DNA of 64,000 nt. Source: Raillietiella orientalis. Taxonomy: Eukaryota. Both the position numbers and the translations under genes were made by a program. This document shows, piece by piece, positions 13,401 to 24,334 of the stretch. The stretch covers positions 5,704,001 through 5,768,000 of the forward strand of contig JAYWIR010000002.1 of the NCBI GenBank assembly GCA_036172245.1. The letters are read 5' to 3'. Every line of letters starts with the position of its first letter. Positions within the stretch are counted from its first letter, which is position 1. The notes beneath the pieces were generated by a model. That model ran no database searches, was not told where the DNA came from, and was given only the letters and a program-made list of their open reading frames with translations.

Positions 13401-16400
13401 ATCCTGTGCCGTCAGAAGTCCTCGTCCTCTCAGAGAATTTTAGCAGCTGCCGCTGGTGGAGCCCTCCTCTTACGGTGCCCGTCACATCAGAGAGATCTTT
13501 TCCATTTTCCTTGAATTTTCTGGACGCCTCATGCTCTGGAGCAGGTGATGGCTCACTGGTTCTCACTCTGGGAGGAATCAGGGAAGATTCCACCTGGGGA
13601 ATATGAACGTGAGCTCCCTCCTTCCCCGAGGAGAGCAGGAGTGACCCTGCTTTCCTTCTTCCTTGCAAGACGGCACTTTCCCACGAGACGCGGTTCCCAC
13701 ATAGACTGGCTTGCTCTCTGGGATGGCGCAATGCTTCCGTCCAGAGCCAAGACTTGAGACCCAGCGCGTCACGGCGGCATCTCACCCGGTGATGCCGAGG
13801 GCGTTTCTTCAGGAAGGTGGACATGCGGCAAGTCGAGCTTGCTCATACTTGAGTCCTGGAGCTACGAGGAAGGGAAAAAGGGCCTTGAAAGCTCCCAGTT
13901 CGGCCGCTGCGTTTGAAGGTGGGAATGAAGAGGGAAAGGAAGAAATGAATAAATGAAAATAAATAACAGAGACAGGGTCAAGGCCATCAGCCATCCGCAT
14001 CGTCTTCCGCCTGCGCGCGAAGTAGGAAACGGCCTTTTCCTCCCAATTCCACCCTCCTTACAGGTGACGCCATTTTCCCTCCCCCCGACAGGTGAAAGAA
14101 ACGATGGAGCCCCTTCCTTGCTGGTGCGGCTTCGACCCGTGAGACGCCGCCATGCTTTATTCCAGAAGTGATGCAAAGTTGCTGTCCGGGAAGTGGGCAG
14201 GAGTGCCTTTTCGACTGAAGTGGCACCGTAGAGGTACCTTCGCTGGAATGCGGGGCCCTCAGCCTTTGGAAGGGGCCACATCCCCAAGAAGAAAAGGGAA
14301 GAAGTGCTGCAACGACCCAACTAGCCTTCCACCTGGCGTAGCTCGGGGAGACACGCCTTCCTGACATGCGGTAGCGACACTCTCGTTGCATATGACCAGT
14401 GCAACGACAACATCGTTGCAGCATCCTGCCACCTAAGGAAAAAGACGAAGCTGCCGAGATGCGTGGGGCCTATCACCCATACCCCCCGAGGGAGGATTTA
14501 TAAATTCCTCTTATCCTAGAGTCCTATCCCGTGGCCACTTTGGGTAGCTGCATCGGCGAGCTGGCCCGTCTGCCAACCGCTTGGGCATTTGGTTACCCGT
14601 ACAACGATACAGTGAAGCTCCCAACCCTCCAGGCGCCCAGGTATCGTACCTTTCCCACGGGGAGGATGGCTCTTTGGCTAGGGATCTGGTCAAGGCCCAC
14701 TTCCGGATGCAGGGCGGGAACATGCCAAGATGAGCGCGTGCTTCTCACCTGCTTCTTATCAGAAAGCCCCCACATTTTTCGAGTCGGCTGCTCCGAAACG
14801 TTACCCGGGAACCGGTTGTTTTGCAACTCGCTTGTCTTTGATGTGCAGTTGACAATCGCATTCTCATTTTGCGTCATATCTGTGCCCTCTGGGTTTAGCA
14901 ATGAAGTCCAGTGGATTCTGTTTGATTTCGCTCTGCTAGCACCTCCCCTCCCCCTCCAAAAAGCATGCTTCGTGGAGAAGGGCAATCGCAATTTAGGCTA
15001 AATGCTGATATTATACTGTTGGCAATCTGTTTCGCTTTCTGGAGTCAGGCTGCTGCTCCTTCCGCGTGCATGTGAGGTTCCAAGACCTTAGAATCTTCTA
15101 ACTGATGTCTACATGTTCTTTAAAGTCAGGACAAGTGCTCATGTTCAAGCCGGAAGACTTTTTCCAATTTTATATCTATCTATCAATAGTTGAATGGCTG
15201 TAGATACATGCTCCTCTCTCAGGAACGAGCATTCGGAGGAGTTTCAACATCTTCAAATGCAGCAGAAATGCAAGCAGTGCATCCAGGCACTAAGAAATTT
15301 CTGCTTGTCACTTTGCGGTGCAGTTTGAGTCCGTCTCCTGAGCCTGCTAAATCAAGATGACCTGCTCGCACCTTATGAGCCACTGATAGGAATGCGCTCA
15401 CCTCGATTCTGGATTTTGGAATTGGTAGCTTGGACACTCTGTGAGGATGAGATTAGGTGACGCTCATGCAAGACTGAAGCCGTGCGAACCCTGAGCACTT
15501 AGATGAGGAAATTCGAGCATCTTTAATTTTCACTTACTCTACCAAGCTTTGTAATGCAAAAAAGATTGCTCAAGAAAGATGACGCAAGAAGAATCCTTAC
15601 TTTCACGTGAGAGATGAAGCAACTAGATGCGATTTCACAAAACAGATGCATCTCATTTGTTGTAATAACAGTTACTGTTATTGGTCGTTGATTGCTGTCA
15701 CCAATGATTTATAATCATGGTAGTCATTTGATTCTCATTATTCAAAATCACACGGTGATTCTGAATAATGAGTCTGCCAAATCAATTGGTCACATCAAAT
15801 CTTTATGCAATATGTTAGATTGCATGCACGAGCTCACTTTTGCTTGTTAGTGTTGTTCTGTTTGGTCCACTAGCCAATTCAATTTGCTCAGAACATGTTT
15901 TTATTTACACGAATTTACTCGAATCTTCTCATGTAATGCGTTATTTGGTTTTGTGTTTCCCTTAGGCTCGAGTTCCAGGGTATATCGTGACACAGCTTTT
16001 AATGGAGATCACCAGATGTTTATGTTTCTATTATTCGTTCCCCATTAAATCCGTGCACGAGAGATACTAGCCGGATTGTCCTTTTTCGATCCATTTCTCA
16101 TTTTTGAAATCATCCTTTTAAAGATATCACAGCTCCATTTCTTCCATATTGACAGTTCTACTAATTTGCTGAGGAACAAAAGCAACTTGGACGTAGTCCC
16201 ATGCAGTCCATTCTTCATCAGGAACCTAATAAGAGTACTATCCTCCTTTTTCTTGCATCCACTTTGGTCCCAGGAGATTCATACCACAAGAAAAACCTCC
16301 TTCTCTCAGGTTCCCTCGTTTTACGATCTTCGAATGACTCGGCTTCTTTTCAATCATAACAAACTTTGCATCCTTCTTTTTGACTTTAGAATTTCTTTCT

Positions 16401-19400
16401 AATCATTTGTAGCACCCTTTATCTTCTCATAAATGACCACCATTTCAGTGCTTCAGCAACCTTGTGCTTCTCGTTCCAATCTGTGAGAGATTTCCTGCAG
16501 ATCAGAATCTTTTACGACTTCTGCTTGAGCAGTGAAACGAAGTGCCTGATGTTCTTAAATGCCTCGTGCCCTCATTGAGTTTGTGTTCAGTGATGCGAAA
16601 TTCATTGCTATGTCCTCCCATCACCATGCTTTCCATTTTGACTCTGATCTCATGTCCAAAATGAAAAATCCACGAGCTCTGTTTTCTCATTTTCCCCGGT
16701 TGAATCAAGGGCAGTGTGATGTGAGCTGCCTGTTCCACAAGCTTAGGGAATGCTACTACTGGTTCAAGTGTTCTGGCATGCTTTAAGGGCATTTCTGATG
16801 TTCTATGCTACTCTACTCTTCAATGAATTCATTCTCTTTGATTAAGTACATGTCAGGATGCACAGAACGTTTGTGTCACCGGCAATCGTGGAAATATCCC
16901 TTGTTGTTGATTGTTCCACATGCATTTTTCAGATTCCGAAGCGTCCAGGCATGTTTTCGAAATAGCAAATGCAGCAAAAGTTCCAAAATCCCTCTGCTTT
17001 TTGTAAATCACTGCCTTGCGAATTGGTTTTAAGAGTTTTCATGTGAAGAGTCTGCATTGTGTTCCGAAGAATTCAGTGTTACACTGTGATTACAAAAGAT
17101 TGTTTTGGCATTGCATATGAATGAAGACAAATTTTATTATTTTAACAGACTGAAATGATTGATGTGATTTACAAGAGGACTTCTAGTCATAACTGCATTT
17201 TGTTCTCGGCACAATGTCACGAGACTACATGTTTTGTTCTACGTGATATTTAGAGATCTGAAAGCTGGCGTTTCCTCGAAAAAAAAAAGAAAAAAAAGAA
17301 TGGAATAGAATGATTCTATGTGTATTTTTTTTGAAGATCCTTCTTATTTATTCGTCAGTGATGCGATGGTTATTAGCTACAAGTTCCAACTTTTTTGCCC
17401 ATATGACATGCCTTTTATTCCTCCAAACTATTAGAGCTGTTCACTTAGTTATATCCATGATTTCATTTCATACTCCTCGAATATGGTCTGTTTCTCTCAC
17501 TTATTAGTTCTTATTCCTCTTGCACACATTGTTTTTTGCATTCTGAAGGATTCAGTTCCCAGCATCGTTGTCCACTTTTGCTTCATCCATAAGTCTCCAT
17601 AAATAGCCACCTTTAAAAAACAGAGGCTAATGAAATTATTCTCTCCGTCAACGAAATCAAATTAAATAAAGCGTGTATGTATATGCTCTGTTTTTACTTT
17701 CTGATAGAGATTCTGTCCGGAACACGCATGCACATGTGTTCAACGTGTAATGTGGGTGCATCATGTCCTCAGATTTGTGTGTGTGTGTGTGCAGCCAAAA
17801 CTGCATTAGAATTTAATTTCTGTATGCCTTATGAATAATTGTTAGGCCTCTCCTCTCCAATTCAGCTGCCCATTTGAAAGTACGAATGGAAACAGTCTCT
17901 TTCAGCTTGCAAGTTAGAATTTCTCACCCTATTACAAAGAAGAGCATTTTTTTAAAATACCTGTCCTATTCTAGTATGGATGTTTAGCTGCTGTTTGAAA
18001 ATGTCTCAAACCAGTTAAGAGCTACACTCTGGGAAGCCCACTCTAAAAGTCCGATTCCATTGACTACTGTTGAATGGGCGACCTTATATAGAAAACACGA
18101 AGCAAGCAGTTCATAAGATTGATCCGTAAGACTGATAAGAGTCTTAAGCTCCTTATCGGTCTTGTGCGTTGCTTGCTGCTAGAGACTAGCATTCATTGAA
18201 CTCGGGCTTATGGAATCAGAACCCAAGAACTCAGATTAGGATGGCAGTTTGCTCATATGGCTGCATAACCCTAATGGATCAGAGATTGCAGCATCGATGT
18301 CCCATCAAACAGGAGCCTGTACGACTTACACGTTTCACTCCCTGAATAACTAAAGAATGTTAAAGTTTCCGGGGAAACCGTTTCCCTTTGTTGAGTACAT
18401 ACTGGAGCAACAAATGATCACAAAATGACAATGAATGCATAGTTTGCCACTGCTATGCCATTGCTTACAAAAATGATAATAGCTATGAAAACGCTCTATG
18501 CTTGCAGTGTGGACATTACAGTTCAAAGGTAGCTACCGGCTTAAAAACCTTTTTCAGCAGCTTAAGAGGTTTTCATATGGCTTTCTCAAGGATCAAAAGC
18601 AACAAAAAACAACCGTTCTTGAAGAGAACTGAAAGTATTTCGACTTTTACCTCATCGCGGAACCTTCGAAATGTTGTTTCTACATAAAGTCCTGCGACAC
18701 CGCAGTCTTCAGGTAACTGGCATCAATGATTGCATATGGGTAATGAGCTTATATGTCAAAAAGGTATACATTTGGAATGCGAGGGATACATTTGAGCGAG
18801 AGGTTTTACGTGTCGAACATCCACTCCACTGAGTTTCGATGGGGTTCCCTCCTTGGATCCAATGTGAATGCATAATTGTTCTATTGGTGTTGAAGCGCAA
18901 ACGTGAAAAAGCACCGGCAACGGAAATTTCAGTTTTTCGGTGAGACATGGATGTGCAATCCAATTTCAGGGCCACAGGAGAAAATGCGGCCTCACACAAA
19001 GAAAATTATGACCCATGGTTTGGGCTTCCCTCACACCACAGTGAATACAATTTGTCCAACGCAAGGCAAAACACCTGTGGCAGCAATCATTTACGGTTAT
19101 TACCTGGATCGCTTTACCAACCAGTTTTTACCTTAACCACAAATAGATATCAAGTTTCTGCATTTCGATGCTATCTCAACTTAAAATACAAACGCCAAAA
19201 TGCTTTTTCAATAATCATATTTATTACATTTGCTAACTTGAGTTACATAAAATTTAATCACATAAAGCTTTATTGAAAATGGTGTTTCTTTTTTTTTTTT
19301 TTATGCCGTTTCATGAACTTTCATTTTTACTTTTTTTTTTTTAAGCGTTGACAACGAATTTGAAACAAAATTTTCTGATGGGCAGAGCTGCTTTTCAGAG

Positions 19401-19646
19401 CAGGTGATCTGCAAAGCCAACTCTGCTTTGGGTTATCACTCACGAGAGCGTAATCAACGTGAAATGCACTGTTGCAAAATATGTTTATCCACTAAAAATA
19501 ACAAATGTGGAACACTTGTGTGAGTTACAGATTATCAGTGTTTCCAGAATAAAAGACGGTTTTTGAATACCCGATTTGCATTCACAATCAGACATCAAGA
19601 ACTTTTTAATCTGATATCCACATTGCTTCTCCTTAACAGACATATA

Positions 19647-19652
19647 TTTATT
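19647..19652 (-). terminator. Polyadenylation signal of MUT
   Basis: AATAAA on the minus strand 26 nt after the MUT TGA; a second AATAAA lies at 19269-19274. Confidence 0.55.
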
Positions 19653-19678
19653 ATTGACTTTCTAATTGAACTCTTGAA

Positions 19679-22600
19679 TCAATGTGTTCTGTCACTCTTC
19701 TCATTTAGTTTCAAATTACTGAATAGAATGTCCAATACTTGATTGGCAGCAAGTGGGATTTTGGTACCTAAAGCATAATGCAAAAATAATGCAATAATTT
19801 ATTATTATTTTTTTTGCAATTGCTAACCAGGTCCAAATATGCAAGCTGCACCATAATCATATAGGAGCTGATAATCCTGAGGTGGTATAACACCACCACA
19901 CACAACCAAAATATCAGGGCGATTCCTTTCTTTCAATTCTTTGACCAAAGCTGGTACAAGGGTTTTGTGCCCTGCAGCTAATGTGGATACCCCAACTACA
20001 TGAACATCAGCATCTATAGCCTGCTGGGCAACTTCTTGTGGAGTCTATACCAAAACATAGCAAACAGATCTGCTCAACTGACACATACTTGAAACAGTGG
20101 ACCAACATCTACATCAAATCCAAGATCAGCAAAACCTGTTGCAATAACCTTTGCTCCTCTGTCATGACCATCTTGACCCATTTTGCACACGAGAATTCTA
20201 GGTCGGCGACCTTCTAAATTTAGAAATTCTTCTGTCCTTTTAATAACAACATCCAGTTCTTTCTGGTTATCATACTGTGCTTTATAGGCTCCAGATACCA
20301 ATCTGTCTGATGCTATGTGGCGACCAAACACCTTTACAGATGATCACATTTTATTTTTTTTTTTAACGTTTTTTTAAGAATCTACCTTTTCCATTGCTTG
20401 TGTTATTTCACCCAATGTGCAACGAGCTCTTGCACATTCTACTGCACATGCCAGAAGATTACCTACACCTGTACGGGCACATTCTGTCAGGGCTTCCAAA
20501 GTCTCAGTACATCTTTTTGCATCCCTAGAACTTTTCATCTGATACACATTAAAATTCATATACTTTCATTCGGTATACCTTTTGGATTTTTGAAATTTGC
20601 CCATCCCTGACTCGTGTGTTATCGATAGTTAGAACTTCTATTGGGTCTTCTTTTTCGAGACGGTACTTATTGACACCGACAATCACTTCTGTAAACCAAA
20701 ATTTTGGTAAATGTTAATTAAAAACGAGAGCTCTGCGTGGAGAGAGAGAAAAAAAAGGGGCATGAAAGACAGAAAGAGAAGTTCTTGCTCTATGACTCCA
20801 ATGTTTACATCAGTTAGCTCTTACAGAAATCAATATTTTAAAACCATGGGATATATTATTTAGTAATATTTTAGTAATTAGTAATATTTTGTCATCTCTT
20901 AAAAGATGTATTCAGCCTTTAAGAGATAGAGGCATAACTGTGGAGACATAGGTATGCACCCACAGTTATGTTTTTTGACAATAGTACTGACAAATTTATC
21001 CGGAAAGAAATGTCATCACTGGACTGCTCTGTATTAGATCAATGGCTACCACAATAATTCCTTTATTCTAAGTAAGGTAGCACGCACATTTTGTTTCTGC
21101 AAATGGGAAAGGGCGTTGAATGAGATCAACAAAATCGTGAAGTACATTTATCTTTATTCAGCCTTTAAATATTTTGTTATCCAAAAGGCAGAATACAGCC
21201 TTAAGGGATAAGAAAATATTACTAAAAAGATGGACTAAATGCAATACTAACGGCAGCAGACCATATAACTTTGTTCTTAAGAAAATTTTCATATTTGTTG
21301 ATATTATTAATTTCTACACAGAAACAAGAAAGCACTCGTATGGAAACCATTAAAAGAAAATGAAAAAAAGGCATTTAAAACGAAACATAATTTTGTGCAC
21401 GAGATCTCATTTCATATTCACTTATTTGAATATACTCTGAATTCCTGAATTCCTCTTGATGTTCCATGCTACTACAGAGTGATACAATTAGACTGAAGAC
21501 AAAAAACCTGGAAATAGCTACATCATCATGAATCTCTTTTTGCTTTATAACGCTACACCTGGATTGGATCTTTTTTCTTTTCCGCTTTCAAAATACGGAA
21601 AATTTAGTAATGGTTTATTTAAATGTTCATGATGTATCAATCAACATTTTATTCAAAGCCACTAATAAATCATGTTTATGTTACAGCATTCAATTATTAT
21701 GGCATAAGACATGAAACAACGAAATGACTTGTACTTAAAGTACATTTACCTTTATTGCTATCAATGAGGGCTTGTCGTTGGGCAGCACATTCTTCTATTT
21801 TAAGCTTTGGCCAGCCTGATGCAACTGCTTTGGCCATCCCACCCATTTCTTCAACCTGTTTCATAACTTTTTTAGCCTCATTGGAAATTTCATTTGTTAA
21901 GGATTCCATTGCATAAGATCCAGACCAAGGATCGATAATCTAAAAACATAAGACACTCACTTCTCCATATTCAGGCATATTTTGGAATAAATGAATTTAA
22001 TCACATTCATTGTCTAAGGAAATAGGAAACTGGGTATGATTGTCTGTAATGATTTGAGTTATGGATCAACTTGCGATGGTAAGTTTAATTTTAAAAGCAC
22101 ATACAGTCATCTTCTATGTACAAAACCTAGTTCACATTCACCTCTCTCAAACATGCATACATCAGAAAACCCTAGGTTCTTAAAAACAAAATAAACCAAG
22201 ACAATTATGATGATCTCACATTTGTTTAAAATATACGTGCATTCACATCTATCTATCTTTCATACGACCAACTCATACTTTGCATATTCTGAAACCTCTA
22301 GTTTGCAAGGTTAGAAGAGAACCAAAGAGCTTTTTCATTCTTGACTGCCAAGGAGCAGGAGTGGTATTTAAAACATCAAACTGTACTCAACTGCATTTAA
22401 AACTTCGTGACTCTATAATCATCTTTACACTATCCACCTGTAAAGTGTATAACTAGTATGAAGATGTATTAAGAAAGGCCAGGTCCTGCACTTCAGTACT
22501 TGACTATAAATAAACCACAAACTGTCGGAAGACAGAACCCGAAAATTTTAAATATTGGAAAGAAAATGTCAGAATTAGGGTCATTAAAAATTTCCTTATG

Positions 22601-24241
22601 TGCTACAGTAGTATTAGTACTACATGGTTAATGATTCAATGAATAATCAAAATCAAATGCCACAATGCATACAAAGCTAAACATACATGAGGAATTTGAG
22701 TTTCTTCTTGAAGAATAATCTGTGTATTTCTAGCAATTCTGGCAGAAAATTTTGATGGTAATGCTAATGCTTCATCAAATGAATTGGTATGTAAAGACTG
22801 TGTTCCTCCAAATATAGCTGCCATAGCTTCTACTGTAGTGCGAATAATGTTGTTATAAGGATCCTGAGGGCAAAAGCATAAATATTACCATAAAGATAGA
22901 AATATACCTGCTCAGTAAGAGACCATCCTGAGGTCTGACAGTGAGTGCGCAGCATTAACGATCTTGGATCCTTTGGGTTAAACTTTTCCTGAATCAGTTG
23001 AGCCCACATACGGCGAGCTGCACGCATTTTTGCAATCTCCTAATCAAAAATACATGTACTGAATTCATAGCCTACTTACCATATAAAATTTCATTCCAAT
23101 GCCCCAAAAAAATGATAACCTCGGAGCAAACTCATCAATGGTGAGTCCTGCATTCAAACCAGTACGACAGTATTCCAGTCCATCAGAAAGTGTAAATGCC
23201 ATTTCCAAAACAGCATTCGCACCTGCTTCTTGCATGTGGTATCCAGATATGCTAATAGAATTGAATTTAGGCATGTTCTGCCACCTAATAAATAAATAAA
23301 CATGCAGAAAGTATCCACCTACTTTGGAAACAAAAGAAAAGATGTCCCCAATTATACGCATAGATGGTTCTGGAGGATAAATGTATGTATTTCTAACCAT
23401 GAATTCTTTAAGAATATCGTTCTGAATGGTGCCTGACAGTTGATCCATATTTACTCCCTTCAGCAATCATATCATCGGCGAGATGTGATGCAATACGTAC
23501 CTGCTCTTCACCAGCCACGATAAAGAAACTCAGAACAGGGATGACAGCTCCATTCATAGTCATGGAAACGGAAATCTTTTCCAGAGGGATGCCATCAAAA
23601 AGCATCTTCATGTCTTCAACAGTATCAATAGCAACTCCAGCCATACCTGATTGAAATCAGATTTGGCTGAAAAACACTTACTGCTTACCAACATCCCCAA
23701 ACACTCGCGGGTTGTCAGAGTCATAACTAGACAAGAAACAGGTTCCAAACTGTAAATTCGACTGACTTACCCACAGTGTGTGGCTAAATCAAAAGCCACA
23801 CTCAATCCTTGCTGACCTGACTTCAAATTTTCTTTGTAAAAGCGATTACTTTCTTCTACAGTACTGAATCCTGCATACTGACGAATAGTCCAAGGCCGAT
23901 AAGAGTACATGGTTGCATATGGGCCTCGTGTGTATGGGAATTTTCCAGGGAGTTCATCTTCTAAACTTGAAGACAACTGTAGACTAAAGTTGTAAAGAAA
24001 GAATGTACTTTTCCGTGTCTTTGCGTGTGTAAAGTGGCTTGTATACAATTCCTTCTGCAGTTCTGTACAACAAAGTTTCATAAGGGTCTTTTCCTTTAAG
24101 TTGCTTGCGTGCCAGCTTTACCCACTCCTCATCCAACTGGACTGTAGCAGCTTCTTCAGAAAGCTGCCTAACAGCAAAATATTTCCATCTCAAATCAAGT
24201 AGCCAATGTTTGGAGAATGCCCTTCCAAGAAAGAATAACAT
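19679..24241 (-). CDS. MMUT: Methylmalonyl-CoA mutase, mitochondrial (adenosylcobalamin-dependent), 14 exons
   Basis: Exons (-): 24241-24009, 23965-23771, 23726-23689, 23646-23501, 23457-23323, 23277-23080, 23039-22908, 22863-22687, 21939-21750, 20688-20579, 20538-20386, 20331-20089, 20044-19828, 19767-19679 (TGA). Motifs [70 protein letters not shown] and the B12-binding [10 protein letters not shown] (DxHxxG); the basic/hydrophobic N-terminus resembles a transit peptide. Confidence 0.98.
20878..21225. mobile_element. MITE-like foldback element in MUT intron 9
   Basis: Imperfect ~43-bp terminal inverted repeats: TTAGTAATATTTTGTCATCTCTTAAAAGATGTATTCAGCCTTT (20878-20920) versus the reverse complement of 21183-21225, TTAGTAATATTTTCTTATCCCTTAAGGCTGTATTCTGCCTTTT; no coding capacity. 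Confidence 0.6.
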
Positions 24242-24261
24242 TATCCACTCGTGTTAATAAC

Positions 24262-24278
24262 CTAAGATGAAAGAATAA
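24262..24278 (-). promoter_or_regulatory. 3' splice acceptor 20 nt upstream of the MUT ATG with no local donor
   Basis: Minus strand TTATTCTTTCATCTTAG|GTTATTAACACGAGTGGATAATG; pyrimidine tract plus TAG matches the acceptors inside these genes. Confidence 0.65.
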
Positions 24279-24295
24279 CTGATGGTAAATCGTTA

Positions 24296-24306
24296 TTTAT
24301 TTTATT
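24296..24306 (-). terminator. Polyadenylation signal(s) of CAPN7 (overlapping AATAAAATAAA)
   Basis: Minus strand reads TAA(stop)-28 nt-AATAAAATAAA followed by a T-rich tract. Confidence 0.7.
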
Positions 24307-24334
24307 GAGATTCCCCCCCTTGAGAACCAGATGC

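Noticed and set aside
16500..17030. RTE-like LINE C-terminus (FHFGHEIR..MVMG)
   Set aside because: Similarity too weak and fragmentary to call without a search.
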